Origin: an uncultured virus (IMG/VR IMGVR_UViG_3300033149_002227)
Lineage: Duplodnaviria; Heunggongvirae; Uroviricota; Caudoviricetes
Strand: one strand, 5' to 3'
IMG/VR virus record: IMGVR_UViG_3300033149_002227
Location: 1 to 64,000 of that record
DNA: 64,000 nucleotides
Of this stretch, positions 28,701 to 36,675 are shown in pieces. Both the position numbers and the translations under genes were made by a program. Every line of letters begins with the position of its first letter. The stretch's first letter is position 1. The notes under the pieces were generated by a model that saw only the letters and a list, made by a program, of their open reading frames with translations, was not told the DNA's origin and did not search any database.

Positions 28701-29932
28701 CGAACCCAGACACGATTCTTTGGAACGTTCGTAAAGAAAAAACTGAATTGAATTGGACTGGCACCGATGGTGCATCTCTTCCGACGGGTGTTACACCAGC
28801 GGCGTGGTTCGATCTCTCTACAGTTGCAACCACATACCGATTCTGGTTCTCTGATGGTTCGACAACGGCACCGGTAGCGGGCGGAACTACGTTAGTGCCG
28901 GTTCCGTTTACGGGAGCCGAAACTGACCAAGATATTTCCGATTTGGTTCTGGTTGCAATGCTTGCTGCCGATGTGGAATTCGCTAGTGCACATAACGGTG
29001 GTGGGGGGTCCAGAGAAATTGAAGTTGAAGTAGCCACGGGTGGTTCTGTAACGGATGCAGTAGATGGTTCCGTACCGACCGGAGTCGGGATCGTCATCGT
29101 GATTAATGGTAATGATGTTCCGGCTGGTTCTGATATCAGCGTTCGTGTTATTCGTACTATTCAGATGAGCACCACGCTGTCGATTGACGTGCATCCTACT
29201 CCGGGTATGACCGTATCAGCGCAGTTTATTCCATTCATCGAAGCAACTGATATTGTGAGATACCGTTTCAATGGTTGGGTCTCTGGTCCGTTGGGTGGAT
29301 ATACCGTCGATACGATGGTGGCACCACTGGGTATAGCGCCATATGAATACGATATCGTGGAAGGAATTCTTAGGTTCGATGCCACCCCACCAGAGAATCT
29401 GTTTTTCTCTATTACGTACAACGTGGCACGACCAAACGGAATGCCAGAATCAATATTAGTGCGCATGGAGTATATTGTAGCCGATATTCTACCAGATCAT
29501 TTGTCTTATAATCCACCCCTCGGATTCGATACATCACTAGGGGTTGGCACACAAATCATAAACACTACTACCAATCTGACTTATACATGGGACGGCGCGG
29601 TTTGGAATACCGATCCTGTACCGGTGCCGGGAACGCAATATTACGTGACGCGCCCTCAGCAGATATGGGAGTACGATGGATTTGTGTTTAATCTACTGTT
29701 TAACGTGGGCGACCCATTCACCAAACCACCGGTTGTAGACTATCCGGCGTTCGGCGAAGGAATCCGATATGCAACTTATGCTTTTGGCACATCAACTGAC
29801 GCTTTGGCGCAATGGCCAGATGCATTTTACATCATGGAGCATCCGGGTGATTGCCCCAACACTTTTGGCACACCAGAAGACCCTATGGCACCAGCACCGC
29901 CAGCAGCGCCATTGCTTCCGGGTGATTGCTAA
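19703..29932 (+). CDS. giant virion structural protein (baseplate wedge / gp7-like of jumbo phages)
   Basis: 3409-aa uninterrupted ORF with a late promoter, downstream of gp6. Motifs WTPPIDYDKHINFSRYLW, RPHSAPWE, NEDWAWK, IDIYEWVES..P..W, WFFKTS, KPFRTK; C-terminal repeated beta modules. Confidence 0.8.
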   Translation: MAKERRAFTNYPEGSQTRQNNQETFIADDPSFEPEQANFLNGFIGDLTNLTAEDLERTPPILEGSAERQKYQLAVGSTFIDPDTQERESVASYTDLVNQIDSNGGDVSDPNRIFAVDFYAWTPPIDYDKHINFSRYLWIGTGTANVQGEYVTKEQSHSKTVIHHWDGATLTPNAALIFNGLPTVMAAGTYVEDASTTQRLVYLSDGATWQLLNLEVVSDVPTDFSEVVTPTYFYVARTGPDYQRPIVWKYSGGAGRWIPLPVVINNSLPEFPRENMIWEDSRLAGERVLKFFDSGAYQILTYTAAGGPPGTAGTDGEYIYDTREFESLTDTWTTENWWRHQEDLSPIDRAATDNEDQAIRPIIEFWDGIEGIVGDTRDYRNDSPVYKKYAIDQSSLDGFDTGEETTIFEYTRSVTGQDDPVLGFPLTFNNTGEFLFGLTLESDTTTVIGYHYFLDTNTGLLHGIWHKADELTEQAVDANGLYDVPVGMSANPDHEILVSASRSRMLRHMTGVIGAQDGFAGSTTGQNSYRWTDRSPTLGASIIDAEETLLRTTATLQDANLDFPDAIRRMAKDYNKVLFRFTNKMNQLWDNLSFTNGNGSLYPGLTATEACDAVLTSIFMGRTEDFPYYNSEMGTFLETLVTTGTATNIDPNPRPIYIPPSPPRVGAAPVYEPRSYEQRDGQTVLIGHEGTVIPTFTDERDLIWLEFQNRFFGATPDTFKVESATYSSRFNEAGITLSDHYGNYEPDTSILPVEDVVEDFNAIAGPADGLRVFSTNTAVFALFSAGQWLTRPAIVDDIFLNNGDGEYYIFNGVGTFSIDSWNRPFAFEYTTNEFRQIIRRDFERFIVFRENDFSENTTFDDSDPFTWNYRSAGVEGHYVGIYSRVYNSYRPHSAPWEVVGYSVEPAWWRTSYVPDSTASDGSPRYGSANSMWTDFAAGIVDHPAGSIQNDQFIMAGPVPVDAVGELLDPIAAGVVDNAKLDQQRIDDIWIFGDGAFIEQEFLNSSYFSYSIALAGYLMKNGQWTDSLWVSNRVPIGQTGTYPIFNNPHIVNGDTLTRPAISSRPIHLEIIDGVTQVNLGVHAWISEKVNVEGGSPTTGFARIVKNTSPALMWKCAGYINEARTIISTLSRAEIPFSDVHVILHKSQPISQNFTSGVLVAREETGVGYRVFGFDPFDPFFTIERSTIPTSGGQVLLAQDFTVVYTDNDDPNITGGSVFPNKTLQHTFEVTDFRLPSKSTIKNTAVLAVLVNGSRMKSQHITVDNTNNTVTIEDLVDLIEGDAIVVQVLTTQSDTSAQIRQFVVNGVTFPYFASGSGEYDRIEYGRYFETSTEVINFMLGYGRFLVAQGWIFDTLSEGGATRDWMLGAQRFARWVLDVESVWNRNPKTDILDEGTFYYSPIMNEANFVSPFGQTTSVETIENGAYGILNRNAEPIKSDGTLVSRIDDRIEVTRTDITDDQTEIFGLRVNLIEAEHVVVFSNITRFNDVIYDPISGLAQRTLVVDSYRTLNWQGRLEADGYILSGGSILPNFEKQAFDFTRFYDRFNTVDDPTKRELARDLYGYVPANQSRSVTTGNRTPNIERRVTSDSSQYMIPVGAADRSRFDYYRGMVQAKGTNRAIYAFTRGSTIGRDKFTINEDWAWKIGPPEFGDTRREVIRLNVSSLDFRDEAQVVNFGDPIDTRNNTIEVLDFDRTDPDNNPRWIVPPSECETEDSCNLKFPIDRDTGLIDVDQYAYYAKLYDIPNNINILNHVQYDPQLEKFDTGATCFLDYRVDNDPARYNAGPGASFSNDRCWREPQVGSLWWNPLRKLYIPYRDLLPEYESAAKFWGDPLYYKSTIERPDDDDRTVITTYDYLDITRITPVPHGITIGDTIVVSIQKCTQSEYNLTNVEVTATSTTELEFEIESNPDTPATGDPEVVFGHIDIYEWVESPVLPSEWEEYVEGLNDPNHPNGTPLNVDDPSFVEITTLTTGNAQTTLYYFWVLNSTGDNPRGKDLTAFQISSRIADPTANQVPWFAPVDENNMIIFTDGEKVLDNYGLEIIIDQRFLQTHGAFVLFTQGSDFFPVPPEIVEKMADCLAQLDGKGSVVPSPMLAPSEKYGSCFFPIQTVFADVSSAVDVYVSSINRIFSRKNLSEIDILTGIFKLDDEFSDTNPDGFWQRAPYVNRSVEGDEVYEAVQTTAERDRRFAENLYAEGDIVRVIESGQTDPWTGLEVPSNYQLTDGLFIEVGVDNNTATINRNIVIDQERFRGSAGQIAGALYFLIYDVLEKGEQNDLMYSLMHEMKVQHPDPRCDWFFKTSYITTLVSTSTDNSPFVRPDEVSAIRDNILNTKPFRTKFRGDVNAVSSAEIEDFGTNLLEFPDKKITMVLDRLSCNALDDCGWESGAWDSRQLPCSVWDKPLWDYDDLGRQEYYLLGTFTGDNATKKFVFDAIFDPTLYNIKTVVKQSGVEVDADYIVVTTSHTQVFVDTTFSLASTFTVEVLQAQGFYADADPTFIGTTLDESLFLPAPSDYLHAVPRTQVPPTEFYTVVGGDGNTFTTTSSPWIELYLNGVLLEPFVDYVYAFDYALSTFSAILTVAPTPGDEIAYGFIRGCYDINDPMGGRPEERIVTAVTDSVNICVINDYTQAYLGWDTTPWDVAAWDQGPVNVGRRVFIMSVGEQENIPPGTEFFNTSEDITVIDAALIMGTSPISYEIVSIELQKGGIGVFTPMTEGVEYGFIGTFNNAITTLAPDQEDFITNGVDFVFATTGGTEILYVFLDGALKTEGIEYTLDVTRTIITWTQPAPVISPNNATAASTDEVGDGFTTDYETGHADDSLNIDNMFVFQNRDLVPTADYSVVAGVADLRFDTAPLLDDELIFHTVGNTFADNSVAFTVDTFTAGAAQTIFTTTSGGFATSESTWVFVDARYQVEGTDYNVTGVDQVTFTAPMAGGEAVETRVINKGVINVEHIVFTSTATNGAPTDIIAGLNDANPIHRTLVFVDDEIQNGWKSAPENPDYSILNTNPDTILWNVRKEKTELNWTGTDGASLPTGVTPAAWFDLSTVATTYRFWFSDGSTTAPVAGGTTLVPVPFTGAETDQDISDLVLVAMLAADVEFASAHNGGGGSREIEVEVATGGSVTDAVDGSVPTGVGIVIVINGNDVPAGSDISVRVIRTIQMSTTLSIDVHPTPGMTVSAQFIPFIEATDIVRYRFNGWVSGPLGGYTVDTMVAPLGIAPYEYDIVEGILRFDATPPENLFFSITYNVARPNGMPESILVRMEYIVADILPDHLSYNPPLGFDTSLGVGTQIINTTTNLTYTWDGAVWNTDPVPVPGTQYYVTRPQQIWEYDGFVFNLLFNVGDPFTKPPVVDYPAFGEGIRYATYAFGTSTDALAQWPDAFYIMEHPGDCPNTFGTPEDPMAPAPPAAPLLPGDC

Positions 29933-29963
29933 CTGTAAATATGACTAAATCGAGGAACAACGA

Positions 29964-30632
29964 ATGCACATGTCAGACGAAATGAATATCCGCTTAGAGG
30001 GACACGTCCTCATACGGGAGTATGATGATATGACTGGTCTTCAAAAAGATCGGAAAATGGAATGCGACCAGTCCTTCGCTAATGAGCAGCTTCGCGACAA
30101 GTACATGCGAGAAAGCCAAGGGCGGGTAGTCCTTGACCAGCGTAATGCTATCCATAATGAGCATGCTTCTATCATCCTTGCTCGTGGACTGGCAAACCGT
30201 GATGACGGCTCTGTGTACTCCATGCATTTCGGTAGTGGCGGTGCCACAATCGACCCCCTTGGTGATATTATTTTTGCAACACCAAACACAGTGGGTGCGG
30301 CTGATTTGAATGTACCAACTTATTTCGAAGTGGTGGACGACACACTGGGTGCCCCTCCCGGCAACCAAATGGCAGTCCGTCACGTAAACGGAACCTTATT
30401 TTCAGACGTAGAAATCCGTTGCGTAATCGACAAAGACGAGCCATTTGGGCAGCAAGCCTTTGATAATGTCGGATTCAACATCAATGACGAGTCGCTGTTT
30501 ATATTCGACGAAATCGGGCTCAAATCCCAAGACGGATTGTTGCTCACTCACATTACCTTTTCACCCATTCAGAAATCGGCAAACAGAATCATCGAGGTGG
30601 TATACACCCTTCGAGTTAGAATCTGCGAGTAA
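29964..30632 (+). CDS. virion structural protein (baseplate region)
   Basis: Late promoter at 29936; FDEIGL...LLTHITFSPIQKSANR motif. Confidence 0.75.
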   Translation: MHMSDEMNIRLEGHVLIREYDDMTGLQKDRKMECDQSFANEQLRDKYMRESQGRVVLDQRNAIHNEHASIILARGLANRDDGSVYSMHFGSGGATIDPLGDIIFATPNTVGAADLNVPTYFEVVDDTLGAPPGNQMAVRHVNGTLFSDVEIRCVIDKDEPFGQQAFDNVGFNINDESLFIFDEIGLKSQDGLLLTHITFSPIQKSANRIIEVVYTLRVRICE

Positions 30633-30665
30633 ACAGATAAATACCAATCTAGAGGAATCAAACTA

Positions 30666-31319
30666 ATGCCAGCGTACACACTAGACAACAGCCGAGGAGT
30701 AACCGTAGCCATAATTAATGTTGGCACGACTACCGGCGTGACGTTCCCGATTGAAATTCAGGGACAGGGTATTGGTCCTTATGGAACGATTTACGCGGAC
30801 ACCGTTTATCACATGTTGGAGAACTTTGCCAACACTATCGAGCCAACCAACCCCGTTGAAGGTATGGACTTCTACAAGACGGACACGCAAGTCCCCCATT
30901 TTTACGATGGTTCGGGGTTTGTTCCGTATCTGACTCAGGGAAGTGCAAACGCAGGCAGGTTCGTTATGCTACCAACCGCTACGGGCATCGACATGACCAA
31001 CATCGCAACTATACCATTGTTCACGGCTCCCGGTGACGGTTCTGCGTGGTTACCAACTATGTTGGTACTGGTATCCACCGACGCAAATGCTGTTGCTGGA
31101 CCGGCACACATCAATCTCCAGATTGCTGCTGCTGAGGATGTACTAGAACAGACGCCGGTATCCAACGCTAGTTTGACAACTGCTCATCAATACAGCATCG
31201 GGGGCTCCACAAGGTTTGCAACCGGTATAGAAACAATCAGTATGGAAATCACCATTCCGGCTCCTGCTACGGCATTAGTCATGAATGCATTCCTATTCGG
31301 GTTCAACAACAGGACATAA
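30666..31319 (+). CDS. tail/baseplate fibre-type protein
   Basis: Late promoter at 30638; HMLENFA...PTNPVEG fibre N-terminal motif. Confidence 0.7.
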   Translation: MPAYTLDNSRGVTVAIINVGTTTGVTFPIEIQGQGIGPYGTIYADTVYHMLENFANTIEPTNPVEGMDFYKTDTQVPHFYDGSGFVPYLTQGSANAGRFVMLPTATGIDMTNIATIPLFTAPGDGSAWLPTMLVLVSTDANAVAGPAHINLQIAAAEDVLEQTPVSNASLTTAHQYSIGGSTRFATGIETISMEITIPAPATALVMNAFLFGFNNRT

Positions 31320-31324
31320 AGTAG

Positions 31325-32911
31325 ATGGCTATTACACTCATCCCATACGGATTACTCGAAGATGGCAAATATGGCATCAAGCTAAGTGATGACATTCTTG
31401 GCGTGCCTGTTGCTGCGGCGATAGAAGTACTCGATACGCTACCATCATCAGCAGACCCAGATAACTTTGCGGGTCGTACTGTTTTCGCCAAAGATGCACA
31501 GCTTCCTTATGTATTTTTAAACGACACCACAGAATGGTTTCCACTGGAAGGAATTCCAGCAGACGTTGGTGCCGTCGGTGGCAACCCACCAACAGTCCCA
31601 ATCCCACCAGATGGTTCGCTTTTCTATGATACTGATACTGAAGTATCTTTTGTATGGGACGGAGCCGAATGGCAAGCAATGGGTGGCCGATTTGCTGGTA
31701 GGTACGTCGAACAAATTACAATATCTTCTGGTTTTGCAGGACCGGGCGGCGATACGTTCTCGTTAGGAACAACTCCAGTTTATGCCGAATTCGTAGAAGT
31801 ATTCTTGGATGGTGTACGACAGGTACCGAATCCCGGCGGCGATTACAATGTAATCGGTTCATCGGCTGTTTTCCCTGTCCCGGTTGCAGCGGCAGTTGTA
31901 GTTTACACAAGAACACTAGAGTCTACCGTTTTGGAAGACCCTGCGCTACTTCAGAACGCACAATGCATTAGAGCTATCTATGATAATCAAGCAGCAGGTA
32001 TTACTGATTTTGATATCGGTGCGGCGGGTGTTGATCCTTCGTGTACTATGGTATTCCAGAATGGTTCCTTCTTAGTCGGCGGTGGCGTTGATTATAATGT
32101 TTCATCCGCCAACACAACAATAACTGGAATCGTAAAGATAGCCGTAACTACTGCCGAGGTGACAACATTATTTGCGCACGGCGCAGCAACCGGTGACGTA
32201 GTAACAATCACTGGATGCGACCAACCCGAATTCAATGGAACCTTCACGGTAACCGTCACAGGACTAGCTACGTTCAATATTCCTGTAGTAATAACAGCAC
32301 CGGCATCATGTACGGGAGCACTAGTAAGTTATAGTCCTCCGATGGTTAATGATGAAGTTATCCTGAATGTGGGTACGACACTGGCTGACGACATCACTAT
32401 CATGACATTCCAGAGAATTATTGTAGCACCAGCTACAGGTGAAGCAAACACTGCTTCTAATCTAGGCGTTGGTACTGGTCTATTCTCGACCAAGGCTGGT
32501 ATAGACCTACGGTTCAAATCCATCTCTGGTGGTAACGGAGTATTGGTTACCGATACTGGTGGTGGAACCGTAACTATTTCGGCGGATGCCCTTCAGACAT
32601 ATGAGTCCAGAGTTGGTATTAATACATCAATATACAACTTGGGTACAACGGATAGCTACATTGGTGTCCGTGATACGTCATCCGTTGTAACAGTTGACGT
32701 TTCAACTGTTCCGGGCGGAACATCTGGTTCGGGTCGTCGCTTAGTTGTTCAGGATGAATCGGGTGGTGCAGGAACAAACAACATTCAAATTGCGCACGCG
32801 AGTGCACAATTTGCCGGAGCCGCAAGCCCACTCATAATCAATGTGGACTACGGATCAGTAACTATAGTGTACGATGGCAACGATTGGCACATCGTATCGA
32901 AGACCTTTTAA
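31325..32911 (+). CDS. virion structural / fibre protein
   Basis: VFLDGVRQ beta modules and an AHGAATGDVVTITG...NGTFTV domain; Gly/Thr-rich. Confidence 0.7.
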   Translation: MAITLIPYGLLEDGKYGIKLSDDILGVPVAAAIEVLDTLPSSADPDNFAGRTVFAKDAQLPYVFLNDTTEWFPLEGIPADVGAVGGNPPTVPIPPDGSLFYDTDTEVSFVWDGAEWQAMGGRFAGRYVEQITISSGFAGPGGDTFSLGTTPVYAEFVEVFLDGVRQVPNPGGDYNVIGSSAVFPVPVAAAVVVYTRTLESTVLEDPALLQNAQCIRAIYDNQAAGITDFDIGAAGVDPSCTMVFQNGSFLVGGGVDYNVSSANTTITGIVKIAVTTAEVTTLFAHGAATGDVVTITGCDQPEFNGTFTVTVTGLATFNIPVVITAPASCTGALVSYSPPMVNDEVILNVGTTLADDITIMTFQRIIVAPATGEANTASNLGVGTGLFSTKAGIDLRFKSISGGNGVLVTDTGGGTVTISADALQTYESRVGINTSIYNLGTTDSYIGVRDTSSVVTVDVSTVPGGTSGSGRRLVVQDESGGAGTNNIQIAHASAQFAGAASPLIINVDYGSVTIVYDGNDWHIVSKTF

Positions 32912-32923
32912 GGGTAAACGGCA

Positions 32924-33606
32924 ATGGTAACAAAGGTAACTAGAGACGTTATGGACCTAAGCGTCAGAGCCATTGCGGATGGTATCACCGTTGAAGGTAA
33001 TTGTGGTGCTAATTTTAGTTTTAATGGTGTTCCGATTGGTCTCAGTACACCATGTGATGGTGTTGTGGTGCTAATTTTAGTTTTAATGGTGTTCCGATTG
33101 GTCTCAGTACACCATGTGATGGTGCGTTCGTTAATCTTGATGCAACCAACATCACCGCAACGGGTACCTTTGATGTTACCGGCGCTACGGTTGTTGGTAT
33201 CGTCTCGGTTCCCATTGGTGGTGTGATTTTCTTTAACGCCGCGTTCGCCACTATACCGTCAAATTGGCAGTTGTGCGACGGAACCAACGGCACTCCTGAT
33301 ATGACCAATCAGTTCGTGTATGGCACGAATACTGAAGGTGAGCTTTTAGATACTGGCGGTGATGCTGATGCCGTAGTTGTAGATCACGGTCATAGTCTGT
33401 CTGGGAATGGATCGCATAGTCACACTACCCGAGCAGGCGTGAATGGTAATGGCTCTGGTGGTTTCGACGATGCTAACCATGGCTTTAATGTTGCGGTTGA
33501 CGGTAATGGATCGCATAGTCACACGATTAACAATACTGGTGTAAGCGGGAATAACGCGAACCTTCCACCATATATTAAATTGGCGTTCATTCAACGAATG
33601 TCATAA
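32924..33606 (+). pseudogene. short tail fibre/collar-domain gene split by a 62-bp tandem duplication (frameshift)
   Basis: Removing one copy joins ORFs 32924..33226 and 33223..33606 into a 206-aa protein with an N-terminus paralogous to 33620, a collar domain (IPSNWQLCDGTNGTPD) and twin GSHSHT motifs. Confidence 0.8.
33001..33124 (+). repeat. perfect 62-bp tandem duplication
   Basis: 33001-33062 is identical to 33063-33124. Confidence 0.97.
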
Positions 33607-33619
33607 GAGGAAAAGAGTA

Positions 33620-34243
33620 ATGGTAACAAAAGCAACTAGAGATGTCATCGACTTAAACGTCCGAGAGATCATTGATGGGTTCAAAGTTGATGTCCCCGAA
33701 AATCCGACTGAGAATCGTATGGACGGCGTTACTATCGGTGGTTCAAACCCCGTTGATGCCACGTTCGACGATCTGACTGCAACCAATCTTACTATACTTC
33801 CGGGTGGTACCATAGAGGCTACTGGCGCTACAGTAATTGGTGAATGGCAGGCAACTTATTCTGATATCGCGGAACAGTACGAATCCGACAAAGATTATGC
33901 TGCGGGAACGGTAGTGAAGATTGGTGGCGATAAAGAAATCACCGCTTCTGACGTATCTGTGGATGATGTGTTCGGTGTTATTTCATCAGAACCAGCTTAT
34001 GTGTTGAATTCTGGCAAAGAAGGACTATATTTGCCAGTAGTGATGGTAGGCCGTATTCCCGTCCGCGTCAAAGGCCCGATTGCCAAAGGTGAACGACTTG
34101 TATCGTCCAACACTCCGGGTGTAGCTCGGGCTGTCAAGAAAAGTGAACTTTCTTGCCACACACCAATCTTCGGACGCTCGCTAGAAAATAGCGATGACGA
34201 AGGAGAGCGTTTGGTAGAAGTAGCTTTCGTCACAATCAAGTAA
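33620..34243 (+). CDS. tail fibre protein with C-terminal intramolecular chaperone (peptidase G2-like) domain
   Basis: SDIAEQYESD...GTVV...GVISSEPAY.LN...PV.M.GRIPVRVKG. Confidence 0.75.
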   Translation: MVTKATRDVIDLNVREIIDGFKVDVPENPTENRMDGVTIGGSNPVDATFDDLTATNLTILPGGTIEATGATVIGEWQATYSDIAEQYESDKDYAAGTVVKIGGDKEITASDVSVDDVFGVISSEPAYVLNSGKEGLYLPVVMVGRIPVRVKGPIAKGERLVSSNTPGVARAVKKSELSCHTPIFGRSLENSDDEGERLVEVAFVTIK

Positions 34244-34254
34244 AGGTTAGGTAG

Positions 34255-35205
34255 ATGACTTACAGACAGGGTGAAATAATTGTAGCTACTGATTTCAATA
34301 CGTTCAGAACGGATGTGTTGGATATCTGGGATGTCGGTAACGGCAATCGCGGTTACGGGCAGATTGATACTGGTGGCGCATCACCTATTCCTCTAGCATC
34401 GGTGGGTGCCGATGTATTAAGTGCCGAATGGGAAGCATTCCGACTCGCCGCTCAGACCTGTTCAGACCACCAAGGTAGTTCTACAACTTTTCCACCTGCT
34501 TCAGTATTAGAAGTTACTGACACCATCGTAGCGCATGATGCGCTTGATGGTAATGCTTACGATATCGGTGTAAGTCTAGCTACCATAGAGACCAACCGAT
34601 TGACTGCTGATGCTGGTTCTGTATCGGTTTTTGCAAACTCACTAAACGATAGCCGAGGCACCGCATGGGCTAATACATTACAACACCGATTTACGGCTGT
34701 GCTACCAACAGTAGATGATGCGCGATATTTCTTCAACTCTGGTGGACAAATCCGAATTCGTGGTTCCCGTTCTGGTGGTTCTGGAACACCCCAAAACGCC
34801 AGTTGGACAGAAATTCTCACGAACATGGGAACCGTCATATTCGACCACACCATTACCACCAATACGGGTGGCGGACCCGGATGGTCATTCTCCAATGTTG
34901 GTTACTTCGACCTTACCACTTCATTTCAACAAATCGCCACAGGTGTTGATACGACAGGTGGACAGTATGCTACCAACGAAGCACGAATTGATGCTCGTAC
35001 AACTGATGGTCCGGGTGGGCCGAATGGAGATAGAGGAAGAAACTTAGAATTCCGAGTACGATACTTCGATAATCATAGCAACATATTCGCCGACAATGTA
35101 AACGGTACTATTACATCTGATGTCGATTATCGGATAGCCACATCTCCACTGACTATTCAAACTCCAGTATTCGCTACGTCCATATCTCTCACTGCCGGAT
35201 CATAA
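34255..35205 (+). CDS. virion structural protein
   Basis: GYGQ and ARYFFNSGGQIRI motifs; paralog of the next gene. Confidence 0.75.
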   Translation: MTYRQGEIIVATDFNTFRTDVLDIWDVGNGNRGYGQIDTGGASPIPLASVGADVLSAEWEAFRLAAQTCSDHQGSSTTFPPASVLEVTDTIVAHDALDGNAYDIGVSLATIETNRLTADAGSVSVFANSLNDSRGTAWANTLQHRFTAVLPTVDDARYFFNSGGQIRIRGSRSGGSGTPQNASWTEILTNMGTVIFDHTITTNTGGGPGWSFSNVGYFDLTTSFQQIATGVDTTGGQYATNEARIDARTTDGPGGPNGDRGRNLEFRVRYFDNHSNIFADNVNGTITSDVDYRIATSPLTIQTPVFATSISLTAGS

Positions 35206-35208
35206 ACC

Positions 35209-36216
35209 ATGGCTTATGAAGTAGGCAACAACATACTCGACAATGAATACAACGACTTCATCGGAGTTAGTGGTACGTCTGCGTTCGCCTCTCAGGGCGC
35301 TGTAGATGCCGCTGCACCGTGTGTAGGTGCTATCTATGGTGTTGGGTATGGTAATCGCGGATATGGGCAGGCAGGCGTAACCCTGACCCCTGTGACGACC
35401 TCTACAGTCATCTCAAGCGCCCAATGGACAGACATGTCCGCCGCGTTAGAAGTTTGCTCCGAAAGTCAAACCGGCATAGTTGGCGGGTCAGTATTAATTC
35501 CTCCATCAACTGAAACGCAAGTGGCTGATACAATCGTAGCACACGAATCGAGTCCACCAAGTAGTAATGCATATGATTACAACAGCGTCATTGCAAGCAT
35601 CGACACAAATAGGTTTGTATTGGATTCAGCCAAAGACGGGACAGCCGTCACAACGGGCGTATCAAGTAGTACACGTGGCTCGACGTGGGGTGGTGGTGTT
35701 GGCTCCATTAATTGTATTTTCGATTTTGGTTTTGGTACTGAAGATGCAGCCAGATACTTTTTCAATTCTGGCGGGCAACTCCGAATCGATTTAAGTCATC
35801 CGGGCGGTTCAGCACAAGATAACGACTGGTCCGCTTCTTTGGGTACCCGACTCGGACAAGTTCGTATGGATTATACCGCGACCAGTAGTACCGGTACTAG
35901 CGCATTGTCCAGTAGTATTGGTTTTTATGACCTGACTGGTTCGTATCAAACTATTATCAATGGTGCCAATATTGGTACTGGTGTGTACACAACAAACGAT
36001 GTTCTCATCGAAGCTCACCGCTTAACATTCGCTGGAGTGAATGGTGGTAATGGTGTTGGTGTTAGGGTTCGTATCACCTTAACCGACTCACACGTCGGAG
36101 GAGTAGCCCCAGTCGATTCGGTGTCGGCGGGAACGAATGCCAGCTTTGCTGTCCTAAAAGCCACATTTCTAACCGGTATCGTAACTCCGAGCGGGACAGT
36201 CACTAACCCCTTCTAA
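35209..36216 (+). CDS. virion structural protein
   Basis: GYGQ and ARYFFNSGGQLRI motifs; paralog of the previous gene. Confidence 0.75.
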   Translation: MAYEVGNNILDNEYNDFIGVSGTSAFASQGAVDAAAPCVGAIYGVGYGNRGYGQAGVTLTPVTTSTVISSAQWTDMSAALEVCSESQTGIVGGSVLIPPSTETQVADTIVAHESSPPSSNAYDYNSVIASIDTNRFVLDSAKDGTAVTTGVSSSTRGSTWGGGVGSINCIFDFGFGTEDAARYFFNSGGQLRIDLSHPGGSAQDNDWSASLGTRLGQVRMDYTATSSTGTSALSSSIGFYDLTGSYQTIINGANIGTGVYTTNDVLIEAHRLTFAGVNGGNGVGVRVRITLTDSHVGGVAPVDSVSAGTNASFAVLKATFLTGIVTPSGTVTNPF

Positions 36217-36220
36217 TTGC

Positions 36221-36249
36221 TTGACTCTTCCCACCCTCGTGTGTATATT
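36221..36249 (+). promoter_or_regulatory. sigma70-type promoter TTGACT-N17-TATATT heading the modification cluster
   Basis: Intergenic with 17-bp spacing. Confidence 0.7.
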
Positions 36250-36273
36250 GAAATATAGCCACGAGAGTATCCC

Positions 36274-36675
36274 ATGGAACAATCAGAACTAGACGCATTG
36301 ATTGCTGCTGCCGACAAACGTGCAGTATATGTAAATCAAGTCGAACACGCTAAAGCGAAATTCCGCTCTCTCAACGTATTGTATTGGGAGGGGCACATCT
36401 TTGAATTGAATCAAGGATTCCTGTCTTACCTGTACATCAAATATATGGAGTGGCTTTCCACACGCGAGAGGCACCTCGAAGGCAAGTCAATCGACATTCC
36501 ACTTGAACCAGTCATCCTTCTGGATAAGAACGAGGAACCCGTTCAAATAACCGACTTAAATAGGTTCATCGAAGAAGTAGAGGAATGTCATACAGAGGCA
36601 TTGAACTATTATCACGACACCTACACCGCCTTGAAACTTTCGCGGACTACTTCCGAATTAATTGAGGTCGGTTAA
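36274..36675 (+). CDS. hypothetical protein
   Basis: 133 aa, first gene of a tightly overlapped operon. Confidence 0.75.
   Translation: MEQSELDALIAAADKRAVYVNQVEHAKAKFRSLNVLYWEGHIFELNQGFLSYLYIKYMEWLSTRERHLEGKSIDIPLEPVILLDKNEEPVQITDLNRFIEEVEECHTEALNYYHDTYTALKLSRTTSELIEVG

Noticed and set aside
19703..29932. Inteins, introns or homing endonucleases in the giant gene, and its many nested short ORFs
   Set aside because: No C...HN intein ends, LAGLIDADG or HNH motifs noticed; nested ORFs are off-frame or antisense shadows.
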